Assembly (NCBI GenBank): GCA_013265495.1
Contig: MU060312.1
Span: 4,136,181 to 4,200,180, forward strand
DNA length: 64,000 bases
DNA from: Vicugna vicugna
Taxonomy: Eukaryota
Reading direction: 5' to 3'
Positions 49,656 to 63,860 of the stretch are shown here, piece by piece (position 1 is the stretch's first letter; each line of letters opens with the position of its first letter). The notes under the pieces are model-generated. The model had not been told where the DNA came from. It was given only the letters and a program-made list of their open reading frames with translations, and ran no database searches. A program made the position numbers and the translations under genes.

Positions 49656-52600
49656 TAGATTACGGATCCTATGTAGTCATGTTTTTACTACAAAGTAGAT
49701 TTTGATGAAAATAACAGCAAGTTTACATTAAGGCTTTCAGGTTCTTGGCATATAAATCACTGATTTATGATGCATTCTGAGCTAGCATTTAAACTTATTC
49801 ATACGTGTGTGTGAGAGATTGTAGGTACAAATATATTTTAGATGTAGAGTTTATCTGTTGTTGAGTTTTGGTTGTATAAGGTTGAAAACCAAGATTTCAG
49901 GAGTAAAAATAATTGTACATTCAATAAGTAAATGCTGTGCGAGTGGGTACTGTTTTAGAAGTTAGAAAGCTGAAATGTTTACATGTCTTTCCACTTGCCT
50001 GTTTGTTTATCTGTGCTTTCAATGATCTGTATTTACTGGGAATAGTTACTGCAGAGGCGGTTACATTAAGGATGTTTTCTGGATGCCCCCACCTTCCTCC
50101 CACGTACACACCAGGATCAGGTTCAGCCGTGAGGAGCCTGGGCCCTTGGACACAGTCTCTGGGTCAAGCAGTGCTGTCACCCCGTGGGGAGTGGAGCATC
50201 GTGTGGATGGAGTTCCCGGCGTCTGCTTGCCTGCACCAGTGCGCGAGTTTCAGCTGGAGCTTTGGGATGTGGAGTGTCGGATGTCTTAAGGCCTGTCACT
50301 TGACGTCTTTCTCATAACATGGGTATCATATCTGAGATAGCTTGGGGTTGAGCCTCTAGTGTTATAATTGCCCTTGAATGTGTACAGATAGTGTCCACTG
50401 ATACTTAGAATTTTTTCCTTCTGTTTAGTTGCAAAGAGCAACGAGGTGTTTTCCACTGTGTGTCTCAGATAATTTGATATTTAGAGCATTAGGGTAGGTG
50501 GCAGTTTCAGGTCAGGATAGGAAATTTTCAGCCTCTTGACTTTTTAAATGTGATTTCCTCATTTGCCAGGTGGTGATGGAGATGGTGATGCCAATGAAAC
50601 CCTGGTACGGAGTCCATGTAGTTGTCCCTTCCCAGGGCCCCCAAAAAGTGGGTTTTGTATTCTGTCAGAGAATCTGTGTGTAACAGCGTTTTCCCTTAGA
50701 TTTAAGAGCAGCTACTTCATTTACTTTTCAATGTTCTGCATGTTTAGAATTTTCATAAGAACTATATTTTACATTCAAAGCAATGTAGTTGAGTAGTTTG
50801 AATAATATGTTCCAGGATTTCCGATTCACTTGTCACCACCTTCAGAACTTGACTTTGGCTTGTTTCTACACTCATTTTACCAAACATTACATTTTAACAG
50901 TCATGATACAGTCAACACGATGTGTCTGTTTCCTGATATCAAAGGGTTAAATGCTGACTGATTTTTTTTTTTCCCCATAGTCATTATTCCACACCTGGGA
51001 ACGTCTTTTTATTTTTAAACTGTTTACTTCCCTCCCATCCCACCAAGAGGACGAAAAACGCTAGAAATGAGTAATAATAATTTCTCAATATTTGTTTGAT
51101 TCTGTGGCATGCTGTACACTTCAGCATCAAAAGTAGATGGATGGGTTATTATTGCGAGTTGTTCTTACTCATTCAGTCTATAAACCTAATTTGTTTTATT
51201 TATGATGGAAGAAGGGGAATTTACGGATTCATTTTACTAAGCAATCCTTGAGTCTTTGCAGTGTGACATTGGTGATGGATACATTCCTGTTTTGAAGAAA
51301 GATGAAGAAATACAGAGTCCCTGAGACTATGAAGCGCTTTTTGGCAAACATGTTTGGTTGCGGCATATATACATTTGCCCATCTGGTGGTGGAGTGTTTA
51401 AGTATTCTCCCAGTGTCTTCAGTATTTCTTTTGAATAATCATTATTTTTAATTACAGTTTGGATTTCTCTTTGCTCTTTTGAGGAATAATAGTCTCCACC
51501 CCGCCCCCCAACCTTTCGGAAAAGTCAGTAATCTGGGTAATTTCTATTAAGAAAGCTTTATTAAAGCCAAGGAGTGATTGTAGTCCAGTTAATGAAGCAA
51601 AGCACAAAAGATGATGAGGACAGGAGTGATAAGGAGTTAGTTCACTAATGAAGCAAAGTACTTTTAAAGGTAAGGAAAAATCAAGAAGCCCCCTGCCCTT
51701 TGTTTCAACCTTGTTATCTAGAATTTTCAGTTAAATAAAATCATTAACTACTTATACATGCCTAAACTGAACACAAAACCCCAAAGACAGTTTAATTATC
51801 GTACTTTTGTTAATAAGATTATGGGAAGGTTATTAAATGAGTCTGTGAGACTTGCATAGGAAGGATGCTCTGTAAAAGTGGAATTCTTCTATTAATAATA
51901 CTTAGCTTGTGTTCTATTAATGATTGAATATAATATTCAGCTTTTTAGTCTAGTCTGTGAAGGGTGGAAGCAAGAAAATGACCTTACTTCACTCTGTTGG
52001 AAAAGTCTTGCCTAATTTGAGTGTTTGTGGTTACAGTGTGTACAGTTTCATTCTTCAAAATGACAGATGTATTGTCTTATTATCAGGACATTTTCAATAA
52101 AATTTTAGCTATTTGCTGAAATTTTACAAGACATCTTTCTAAAGAAAGTGTAACAGTTGTAGAGTTGTTGTTGACCACATTGTCTGAGTCTGTCCTTTTT
52201 TAATGTATCATTGGTTTAAAAATATGGATCCTTCTTCACCTTCCCCTAGTAAGTAAGTAATATTTAAAGCTTGAGATTTCTCCTGCTATACTTTTCTTTG
52301 TATATTGGGTGAAATCTGTAAGAGTACTGTTGAAAGTGCAAAGTGATTTAACAGATACATTTGAGGCATTTGGCCATTAAGGTTTTTTTTTTCTGCTGAG
52401 AAAGCACTGAGGTATAAGCTTCAAATGGGGGTTGGGGGGGAATGTGAATAATGCTTTCTGCTTGTGATAGATAGCTCTTTGTTGAACTAAGGGACATTTG
52501 AAGAGAGCTAGGTCACTTTGATTGTTAGGAAGAGCATTTCGTTTTCTCAAATCAGGATGGAAACAGTCTACTCTTTAAATGAGTTGAGCTGAATTGACTT

Positions 52601-53653
52601 TCTTGCCCCCCAACACAAGCCTTTCTTTAATCTTTACTGGCGCATGAGAAGTCTGCACACCATGTCTCTTTCTCTGGTTTGCTCTGTCTCTGCCCACGTT
52701 TCCTGGTTAAATTTTCAGTCAGGGCTGTCTTTGAAGATCATCCACTTCTTGATTTAACCGAGAACATTATGTTCATCCTAAACTACTGTTGTGATTTTTT
52801 TAAAAGCAGTATTTCATTTTTCTTTACAGTTTCTAAATTTCTTTGCTTAAAAATGAAACAAATTTTTGTCTTCTGATGGGGACTTGGGCTTTGTACATGC
52901 GTGATGTGGCATCTGTTTGTGTGACAGATGTCCTTTATTGACTCATAGGAAGTTCCCTTGTGCATTGATATAATGGAATTATTGTTCTTAAAAAAATTTA
53001 TCCTAATTTATAGTAAACAAAAATTATATTTTCATTTGGTAATTATATTAGTTCAATCAGCAAGAAATAATGTGCATAAACTTTGTTTTATTGACAAACT
53101 AAAGCACTATTTTTTTTTTTTTATGAGCCAATGTGTTTAGTTTGTGTGGGTTTGGTGTGCATTCCTTTGAGTCGATTTCCATGGGGCAACTATTGGCTAA
53201 AGCTTAAAAATTAAAGCAACAACTTCACTTCTAGTCTGCGTTTATTTTTATGTACTTACAGGGCAATTGTCAGAGGAGAACCCCAAATTATTCTTTGGAA
53301 ACAAAAGGGCCTGGTAAACTAGAACAGGATTTGGATTTAGCAAAGTTACAGGGTTTTAGAATTATAGGCACACAACACTTTGCTGTATTTTTTAAGGCTT
53401 GAATTTAGAGAGGTGATTTTGTTCAGTGAAGAAGCAGAATTATTCCTTGAACATTTTATTAAAAAGAGGCCCTGGAAGTCTAGAAAGCAGAGCTCACTGT
53501 ATTTTCTTGTATATACTTAATGGTGCCACTTTGAAAAACCATTGCAAAATGAGCCACCTTTTTACTTCGTTAAAAAGGAGCAAATAGTTGTAAAATGGAA
53601 TGTTGATTTCTAAATTTGAAGTTTTATGTGTTCTCACAGGAAAGATAAGAAAT

Positions 53654-53780
53654 CGCCCCCCTAGAAATCAAAGAAAGAAACCCCAGCCCCGCGGCTCTCG
53701 CGGAGCTGTCTGCTGCCCCGCGCACGCTCCGCGCCTCAGTTTCCCCCGAGCTGGGGCGACTGCATCAAAAACGAGTGCCG
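53654..53780. promoter_or_regulatory. CpG-dense micro-patch (candidate regulatory element)
   Basis: 14 CpG in 127 bp, counted by hand, in otherwise CpG-poor intron. Confidence 0.35.
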
Positions 53781-56700
53781 AAATAGTTTGTTTAATGTTC
53801 ACTCAACCTTCTTTTATTGTCAGACTTCAAGCCAGACTACATTTTTAAAGTGTGATACCGTTCCATACAACTAGGTCTGTATTTTGGAGAGAGAAGTGAG
53901 AGAAATGACCAGTAGGGACCTTTGGGAGGTGGTGAATGCTGACTTAGAAAACTGTGACTTTGACTCTTCCCGTGTGGAGCGGAGGTGACTTCTTTCATAC
54001 AGCCGCAGGTCCAGCCCTTCAGCTGCTTGCTGGCTGTTGCCCAGTGGCAAGCGCTGAACCTCTGAGTCTCTGTCCTCATCTGAATCGCCCTGGGGCCGCA
54101 GGGGCCTGGAGCTGTTCCAGGAACACAAGTGCTGGGCGCTCACCTGCTCCTGCTCCCTACCTCAGGGTCACCACTTAAATGACCTCTTGTTTGAAGCCTG
54201 GTGATCAGCAGTGTTACTGGGAATACCTGAAATTAGGCATGAAGTGCAAGGTCACTGTATGCATAGTTTTTAATCTCCTGTTGAATGTGAAATCAATATA
54301 CAGGCACTATTTGCTGGTTGTTTCTTTAGAAATAAACAGGCACACGAGGCTGAGGAACAGATCTCTGATCTTATAAGGCTGAGATTTTGTTTACTGAGGG
54401 ATGTATTTTTAAAAAGAAAATTCATTTTATTTCTATGTATTCCAAAATAAAGTAAGAAGCACCATGTGGGAGGAATGGCCTGCCAGTTTTTTTTTTCTTA
54501 CAAAAAATAAGTCAGCTATTTTTGCTAGAAAGAATGGATATACTGATTTATTTCAGAGTAACTTTATATACACATATATACCCTTTTAAAAATGCTATAA
54601 AAGGGTAAATGACAATTCAGCAGTAAATTCAGATTTCTCTTTTCCCCCCTTAATTGTCCTTAAGTGGTTTTTCCTGAAAATGTCAGAATAAAACCAGGGT
54701 AAAATTCACCTCATTGTTTCTTAATTTTGTTTTTGGTTTTTTATTTTTAGAAAGTATTTTTTCAGAAATCTGTGCCTGTGTCAATTTCTTTATAGTTGTC
54801 ATAGCTTATTTATAATGGGTCTGTTTGTTTTAGTGGGTTTAAAATCACTCTTTGTTTTATTTACAGTTTGTTTAACTGCTGCATTCTTGCAATCAAATAA
54901 GGAATGTAGAGTTAGATTAGGAAATAAGAAAAGCCTCGAGCTCAGTGAGAGAAGTTTCCTCTTTTTAAAAATAGCTTTACTGGTCATTCTAATGACATAG
55001 GTAATATGTTCATCATATATTTGAGATTAAGTTGAGATTACTAATTTCTGTATCTTTGATATTTTTCTGTGTATACTCGTGGATAATTTAGAGAAACAGG
55101 ATCATGCCTATATCCTGTTTTATAACCTGCTTAGTTAGAAAACTTAACGTAATTTCTTGTTACGTATAGTTGTATACCATCATTTTAAATGGTTGCATAG
55201 CATCCATATGGAGTAAGCACATTTAAGAAAATATTAAGCCTAGATATACTATATAATTAGGCATTGCATTTTTGAGTTGTCTTCTTTGTTATATTGATCT
55301 TTAGTGTTCAAAATGATACTTAGTTTTTAAAAATTCTGAGTAGTATTCACTAAGAATGAACAAATGCTACTTTAAATTAAACCAGAACCATGGAAGAGTT
55401 TGTTTTATATAAACAAACAGGATTCCGTAAAACAAACTTTTCCTCTTGGTATATTTATTTGAGATTCTCGTTTACAGAAATTGTATCATGTTTATTTTGG
55501 GAGGAGAAGATTTTAATGTGCTTATGAGGTAGCAGTCTGAGGCATGACTGATAATCTGTAGCATGAACTAGGCATGGTGTCAGTCTGGGTTCTGAGACAG
55601 TGTTCTGTTCCGTCTGTCTTCAGAATAAAAAGTGCTTGCCAGGTGTGCAAAGAAGCTCTCCTTGGTAACACTTGGATGAGAACTTCTTGCATACCATGCT
55701 TTTTGTTTCCATTTCAGAATCTCTTATGTCTTCGAGGGAAGTCACAAAGATTCTGCATTTTGGCTTACAGTTATGGGGAGCCCTGTGTCCCGTACTCTCC
55801 CCGCCAAGCCTGGCCTTATCTTGGACTCAGCTGCACGCCTTATTAACTCGTCTTGTGACCTTTGGCTCCTCAAGACTAGGAGCTGTCAAGGCTCCCTGTG
55901 ACATCAGTAGTATGAGACTTGAATGGATGTACTGCATATGCTGAATCAGCTTTTTTGGTTCCCTTCCCAATGAGAAAAGCAGGCGCTGTCTCATTTTAAG
56001 AATTTATTGCTATCTTTTGGTGACACTTTTGAGACCACTCTGCTTATTTGACTAATAACCAAATGGAAGCTAATAGTCTGTTTTGGCCATTGAAGCCTAA
56101 AATCCTACTAATTTCTTCCCTGGACCAAAAAAAAAATCTCTCTATGCTTATGTGCTGAGACTACATACTGCCTAATTTGGTACTTTGTGTAGGGAAAATT
56201 AGGCCAGGATTATTTGAGAGATTTGTGGTTTTAAATTCTTTTTTGGTAGCATAATCGTATGTATATGTATCAGGTCACAGAAGGTTGTGTGCATGGGTTT
56301 GTATATCTCTGTGCTCACAAAAATTGTAAATTTGGAGGTATTGATTCTGCAAAAAAGAGGATATGGTTTTAAACCAGTTCTTTTAAACAGCTTAACCTCA
56401 GTTGAAGTATAGATTCTCTTACTTGAAAAGGTTTATTTTTCATATTTTAGGAAACTTACTAAGGTTTATGCTGTCTGTAAAGTTTTTGTTTCAGATATTT
56501 GGGGAGAATTGTTCTTTGGTTCTTTTTTATTTTAGTTTGTAGGAATTGAAAAAATATGAAAAATCAAAATATTAAACATGTGAAGTACTAAATAAAGTGT
56601 AATAAGCACTAGAGGACATAAGAATGTGTTAATCTCAAAGCTGCATGATGATTTTTGTGTTGTGAAAGGTTAACTTTTCAATTGTAAGACTTGATTACTT

Positions 56701-59559
56701 CTCAAATGAATATTTCATAACAGTTATTTTTTTCATCACATATACATCTACATACATATTCTATTCCCCTTGTGGTAGACATTGGTTAGCAGCAGTTTGA
56801 AATTCAGTTATTCTGTCTTTTTTTTTTTTTTTTGCATAGAGCAGCTGTGATTAAGCGTTTTTTATTTAAAATTTTTTTCTAATGGTTCAAAGTACTAAAA
56901 TAATTTAGCAGTGCTTTCTTGCATTGGAAATGACTGCATGGCTTATTCTCTAAATTTTGTCTAGGCTTATCCCTATTAAGAATGTGGTACTGGTGTTTTC
57001 CACCCTCACACAGGCACTTCTGTTCATCTAGACGAAGCCTCTTTTTCTGAAGTAGCTATCTTTCTTACTCAGTCTCCCTTCTACTTTATCTTAGCAGTGT
57101 GGATGGAAAGTGTGTGTCATTTAAGAAAAATTATTGTTGATTATTCCCTGACTGTTTTGCCCAGTTTAGCAGGGGTTAATGCAAGAAACTAAATTTGCAT
57201 TTCATGAATATATATTAATACTTATAGAAGGCTTAGAATGCTTATATTAAATTTAAAAACTATGGTTTCAATATAAGGCAAAAGCTTTGTTATACAAATA
57301 TAGTTAACTTTATAGATTGCTAATTATCTTTGGGAGGAATTTGTGAACAATAAAATTTTTTTTATTGCTTGATTATCCAAAAATCTTACATAAATGTACA
57401 TTTGGAGTCTATCGTAGATTATGCAAAAATTTGATAACTTTTCCTAAATTCTGAGAATTTTCAGATTAGACTTACTAAATTTTGTCTTTAAGATGTAGAC
57501 TGTTTATATTGCTTGTGTTTTAATTACTGGGATGTATTCTTTGTCTGTTTGCATGCTTTGCTTCTGTTTTATTTACTGCTTGCTGATGCGTTACTAGCAG
57601 AACTGGACGGATCTCTGGCCTCAGCACAGGGCCCATGGCTCCTCATAGTACCTCTGAGATACTAAGGATGTGCTGCCCAGTTTCTTTTCAGTAAATGGAA
57701 TGAGTCTCCATTTGTATATACTGTTGTATGTCATTCAACAAGTAGACCTACAGCGAAACAAATTGTAGTTAACCATTTCTTGCTTAACTTGAAATTCATA
57801 TTAAGACTTTAGAGTAATATTTTAATGTTTGGTATATTGCTGTCCACAATACACCAAGACTTTAAAATCTTGTTAATCTTCTTATTTTGATAGTGTAAAT
57901 GTTAGGAAAGAGTAGTTTCGATTTGTGGAAAGAGTTATTATAGTACAAACTGATAATTTTTAACAGCCCCTTTTTCTAGCTCTTTTAACAACTTAGTCCA
58001 TTTCCCCCTTTCTCTCTGTATTTGCTCTTTGTTATGGTGATAATGTTGTCCTACTTTTCAGTTGCCTTGATTAGAGATTTTATCTGAACCGTCATTAGAG
58101 ATATATATAAACCTGTCTTTTGAGGGACTTTGAAAGGGTCATAGTATTCTTAGTGTTTTTCAAAATATATCTTACATTTCAACATTTGAAGGTATGTGAT
58201 ACTGAATACAAATTAGTTTCAGACATACCTATGTGCATGTACATACACACCACTTTCTAGATAAGAATAGTCACAGTATTAAGAATCACCATAGGAAGTG
58301 TCATTAAATAGGTATGAAAAAGTCATGAAGATAAATCAGCTGTCACCCATGAGGTTAATGATTAATTTGGGAAGGAGATTTTTTTCCCCATCCTGATCCT
58401 TCCCTCTTTTGGCTCGTTTTCACTGCTCCCTGAAGGATGAGTAAGAAAGAGAAAGAGGAGGAAGGAAAGAGTGTTGTGCGCATTTGTGTAATTGGTGCAT
58501 CAAATTTATTTCAGTGCTTTAAAAAATAATACTAAGTTGTCTTATGTATTTCATTTGAAATAAAAATTTCTAATCTGCTGTTAAGGATTAAAGCATATAT
58601 TGTATTCATTATTGTCATCATCATAAAAATTTAAGTCTTAGACTTTTCTGAATATATTCAGTATTGTTTGAATTGATCAATGAGTTGAAATTACCTGTTC
58701 TTTTAACGTCAGCTTGTGTTGTAATTGTATTTGAAACGTTAACATCTTATGATCCTCCTTTTGGGGGGCTTGCGGTTATTTTGACAGTGCTGGAAATAGA
58801 TCCACGAAGAATTTTGATTCATCCGTAGGGAGCTTAGTTTCAAATTTTATTTTTCTTTCAGTGAAGTAAATCTTTGCAGTAGATGTATGCAAAATTCAGA
58901 TTCGTGTAAATTTGGGGGCACTCAATTTGTTCATTATGTCCTAGGAAAGGATTGTCCTTTTTTTCACCATAGGTCACCAGTGACCTTTCCTGGTCCCTGT
59001 CTGTTCACTGTCTGTGCCTGCTGGGTTGGAGTGTGGGAAGAGCCCCTCTTTCCTGTGTTAACCACACATCCTTGAATACCTTCTCTGGGTGTTGTCCACC
59101 ACCTGGAAATGATTCCGTTAAACTGTTGTTATTGGTGATGCTGCATGGTAGCCAGTATTTTAATTTTAAAAATGAGGGCAAAAGGGAAATTGAGTGACAA
59201 TGTTAGTGATGAGAAATCTGTCTGAAAAACATAATATAAAGATGTGAAACATCTGGAGATGATAAATGTAGAAAATCTTTTATCTTATCTGATTATTCAT
59301 TGCCCATTAGCAAGAAAGTAAATCCTCACTGGAGATTATGCTTAGAAGGAAAACCGTACATTGTTTCTTCCCTTCTTCACTGTTCTCATCCTCATCTTCA
59401 TCATCACTCTGTCTGGTGTAGAACCCCCCATGTGATCACCTTTACTCTCTGGTTTTGTACATGCTTTTAGAAATCTTCTGTGTGAATGTAGGATTACCTA
59501 CGCTCTCAAAATTCTTGTCTCCTCCAGTGTTTGTAAGAATAGAATCTGATGGGGTTAGT

Positions 59560-59730
59560 TGCATCTGAGTTTGAATCTCAGCACCACCACTTTATGACCT
59601 GAGCAATTTATTTGACTTTTCACCTGGTTGGTTGTGCAGAAAATGGGTATAAAATTTCTCTTTCACAGGGTTATTGTCAGGATTTCTTGAGATTATGTAC
59701 ATACAGCATCTCAATAAATGGTTGCTCATT
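59560..59730 (+). mobile_element. MIR
   Basis: ctgagtttgaatctcagcaccaccactttatgacctgagcaatttattt...aaaatgggtat...cacagggttattgtcaggatt...ctcaataaatgg. Confidence 0.65.
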
Positions 59731-61019
59731 TTTATTGTTAGTGATTATCCTGGCTTGAGGTTCTGTGCTGGCTGCTTGTAGTGAAGGAATGGGAGCAGAG
59801 CTTTTACAACTGTGAGTAGAACCCAGACAGGTTCTGGCTGCGCATTCAGCGTGCAGCTGGGTGACTTTTGCTCCAGAGAGAAGCACTGTTGTAAAAGATA
59901 TTTAGCTTCTGGTAATGTTCGTTCTGTTTAGGAGTTGAATTTTTTCTTTGGCTGAGAAGTTTAATTTAGTATGTATTTCTGGAAAATACATTCCATGTTC
60001 CAAAGACTTTGACTTAGAGATGAACTCTTAAGTATTGCAGCTTATGTCTAAATTATTTTGAGAATGGATACCAAGTAAAAACATACCTTGCTATGAATAT
60101 CTCAGTTGATTTTGTTTGTGTATGTGTGTGTGTGTCAACAAAATTATCCAGAAAATATTTAGTATGAATGCAAATCTCTATTCAGAATAAGTTTGTTGTT
60201 CTAGGCTAAAATTGTATCTCTTTCCAGCCTAAGGATTGGGTGGTGGTTAGATTTGTACTGTTGAACTGGTTGGAATTGTACTGTAGGCTCTCCCTCTGAG
60301 TACTGGTATATGTTTTATGACAGGAGAGTAGTTTGAATTAACTTTGTTTAAGCTACTGAACTCACATGGTAGGCAGGGAGCCAGAATTTTCTACATTTGT
60401 TGAAAAGAAGTGTCAGGAAAAACATTTAAGGCCTCATAATAATACAACAATTACTTTACATATAGTGATTACCCAAATCCAAGTTACTTAACCTTACTCC
60501 AACGGCACTAGTTTTATAACTATTAATCTCTTAAATATAGATGTATGGCTTAATATATGTGAGCTTTATGTGGCCAGGACAACTTAAACACTGTAACATT
60601 TGTTAAATGTCCTATTAAACGGGAGCTAAAAGAATATATCAGTTTTATATCCTGATTTTCTAAAGAAAAAAACAATGTCTAATAACTTGCAAGTCTCATT
60701 AACTTCAATTTAATTTTCTCTGTCTTGCTTATTTTTTTTTCTGTAATGCCTTTTTGCATTGACTAGTTCCAGACAAACCAATTCTAGGTTAAAGCAATTC
60801 AGACTTTGTAAGGAAAATTAATGTTTACCTTTTCAGTGTCAATTAGTGAATGTAGACATTCTGTAGAATTTTGTATTTGATTTCTATGAATAAAAGCTTT
60901 GAATTTTTAGAACATTACTTTTGGTTGTATATTTTTAAAAGCATTTGGCATTTTATTCTATAACACTTGAAATGTACTTTACCTATTTTAATCAAGATCA
61001 CTTAGTAAGTCTGCCATGA

Positions 61020-61170
61020 TGTTTTAAATTTTAGATAAAGCACAGGAACTATATTCAATGTCTTGTAACAACCTATAATGAAAAAGAATATATATGTGTA
61101 ACTGAATCACTATGCTGTATACCAGACACTAGCACAAGATTGTAAATCAACTATACTTCAATTTAACAAA
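61020..61170 (+). mobile_element. Cetartiodactyl-type L1 3' end
   Basis: gcacaggaactatattcaatgtcttgtaacaacctataatgaaaaagaatatatatgtgtaactgaatcactatgctgtatacc...ttgtaaatcaactatacttcaat. Confidence 0.8.
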
Positions 61171-62164
61171 TTTTAGAATATTAACAATAGTTTGTTCTAA
61201 ACTGTTTTAATCTTTTTTCATAAATACTGCCAAATTTTTGTGGTTGGTAAACAACAATGAAAAGGGACATCCTTGGTTATAGAACAACTGCTTGTAGCTA
61301 ACAGTGAAACATTATTTAATGTCCTGTATTCCTTCTGTATTGTTACACTTCTCTCGCTTTCCCTCTCTGTGCTCACTGATGCAATAGAACATTTGGGGTG
61401 CCTTTTGCCTTCAGCTGCCTCAGATTTTGCTTGAGTACCCTGAGTGTTGTATGCATTGTTTCTATATCTTGCTCCAGCCACCTGCCTATCATAGGCTGGA
61501 CCTGGTTCTCAGCCTTGTGTTGACCATCCTGCCTCCCTACTCCTGGATCTCTAGTGGAGAAACATAATTTGGCCCAGTTTGTATCTTGTGTGGAAGATTG
61601 CTAATTTTCTCTGAGTGCTGATTTTTCTCTCTGCTGCTGGTATCCGTTGCCGGGGAAGCTCTGATGCTAGTCACACATATAAACGACGGACTGCTGCATC
61701 CTCTTTCATCCTCATGCATCCTAAAATTCACTGTGGATGACATTTGTAGAAATTTATCTTTAATGAAGTGTAATTACCCCAAGGTAAAAACTGAAAAATT
61801 TGAGAGATTTTTGGGCTTTGGATTCAAATAGACTTGAATTTCAAACATTCTTGTTTTTACTTTTACTTTCCTGTGATCTTGAAAAAATTATGACTTCTTT
61901 GAAATTGCAGTGTCAGCAATAAAGTGAGCCTCCTATCCTTATTGGTAGAAAATTGAACTATGTAATGTAAAAAGATAATGAATTCCTTACTGCATACAGT
62001 AGGACTTAGTTTATTCCCATGTCATTTAGCCTCAAACTCTTTGTTTTTTAAATGGGGTTAATAACAGCATGATGTAACATAGAGTTACTGAAAAAAGCAT
62101 GTGTATATACAAATAAAATTTCTGAACAAGAGATACAGCAAACAGTAAGCAGTGGATGGGAATT

Positions 62165-62683
62165 TGTTAGTTTCCTACTGCAATGTAATAAATTACCACT
62201 AATTTAGAGGCTTGAAGCAACACCCATTTATTATTTCAAGATTTCCATTGGTAAGGAATCTGGGCATGGTACAGATGAGTCCTACGCTCAGAATGTTAGT
62301 TGGTGCTGGGGTATCATCTGAGGTGTGGGTTTCTCTTCCAAGCTCATGTGGTTGCTGGTAGAATTTATTTCCTTGCAGCTGTAAAACTCTTCTACAAGGC
62401 CAGCTGGAGGAAATCTCTCTGACCCTATTAAAAGAGCTCTCCTGATTAGGTCAGGCCCACTCAAGAGAACCTCCCTTTGGATGAATTTAAAATCAGTTGA
62501 TGGGTAGTCTTAGTTTCATCCACAGACTCCCTTACCATTGCCATATAATGTAACTCAATCGTGGGGTTAATAGCTCAACATATCCATAGGCCCTTTCTGC
62601 ACTTACGGGGAGGGGATTTTACAGGATATGTACAGACAGGATCCAGGCATCTTGGGAGCCACCTTAGAATTCTGCCTACCCCA
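62165..62683 (-). mobile_element. MLT1 (MaLR; MLT1E/F-like) solo LTR
   Basis: Starts tgttagtttcctactgcaatgtaataaattaccac, contains ccaagctcatgtggttgctggtagaattt and ends ttgggagccaccttagaattctgcctacccca. Confidence 0.85.
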
Positions 62684-62879
62684 GAGTAGGAGAGGATTAG
62701 GAAAGATGTACGTGCCTTCGTTTCTACAGTTCTGAACTTCAAATTAAAAATGGTAACCCAAAAGCCTAAGACAATTCTTTTTATTCACTTGACAGGAGTG
62801 TTCCTTCAGAATTCCTAAATAAAAATTACAGGATTGAAATTCTAGAAGGCATTTTAGCTCATATCTATGTAGTCAACAA

Positions 62880-63130
62880 GAGAAGTTCTCAAATGTTTAT
62901 TGAGCACTTGCAATATCTGAGGGACTGTGCATCAGAAATAAGAAGTAAATGGTCTAGGCTGGTAACTTTGTTTTGTAGATGGAGGACACAGGGTAGGGGC
63001 AACCAAAGGCCCAGGGGAGTCCAGTGGTTAGCTCAGTGTCACAGCACCAGTGAGTGAGGGCTGGAAGTTAGTTACCTGCCTACTTCACGTGTTACCCTCA
63101 ACTTTGTCTCTCTGAGTATAAAATTATGCA
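62880..63130. mobile_element. L2 3' fragment (minus) followed by a MIR-like fragment (plus)
   Basis: caaatgtttattgagcacttgc...; ggggagtccagtggttag...aactttgtctctctgagt. Confidence 0.4.
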
Positions 63131-63674
63131 AATCTACATTCTTAAGAATTTTTCCATAGTAACCAGTGGAGCATGAACATTTTTAGTAAGCAGGTAAACC
63201 TAAACTTGGGTACCCTAGTTTGAAATCAGAGGCCTCTCTCACTCACTGTTTGTTGAAATAGGAGGATGTGTCTATATCTTTTCAGGTAGACCCTTACTCT
63301 CTCCTCGGTAATCCTCTAGGACTCGGGTGAGCGCTGGAATTACAGCAGTCTCCCCGTGTGGGACTAGTTCTAGCCAGAGGGGCCTATAGAAATCAGAAGT
63401 GGAACTGGTTGCAGTTCAGAGATACTGCTCCTGAAAACAAAGTCTTCTAACAAAGGATCCACCAAAAATGTTATCCTAGAAATTCTAGTAAAAAATATTA
63501 CATGAAAGAGATGCTTTTAACTTTCAACAGTTTTTTTGGTATTTTTATTTTTTTGAAGGAAATAAATACAAAAACCATAGAAATAATTCATACTTTATTT
63601 GGTTGGCATCTATTAATGTTGCATTGCTGCAGCAGTCTCACATTATATTATGCAAGTAAAAAATGCTAGTCTGG

Positions 63675-63860
63675 GTTGTGCTGTGCAGTACAGTAGCCAG
63701 CAGGTGCATGCAGCTGTTGAGCACTTGGAATGCGACTGGTGCAACTAAGGAGCTGAATTAGAAATTTTACTTAATTTTAATGAATTTAGAGTTCAGTAGG
63801 TACATATAGCTAGCTATTGTCATATCAGACAGCACTGAATGTAGAACATTTCTATGGTCA
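63675..63860. mobile_element. MER3/MER33-like hAT MITE
   Basis: gtgctgtgcagtacagtagccagc...gttgagcacttggaatgcgactggtgcaactaaggagctgaatt...cagacagcactgaatgtagaacattt. Confidence 0.7.

Noticed and set aside
53654-53664. CTCF core (ctaggggggcg on the minus strand)
   Set aside because: Six G instead of five, and the 5' CCA half is missing.
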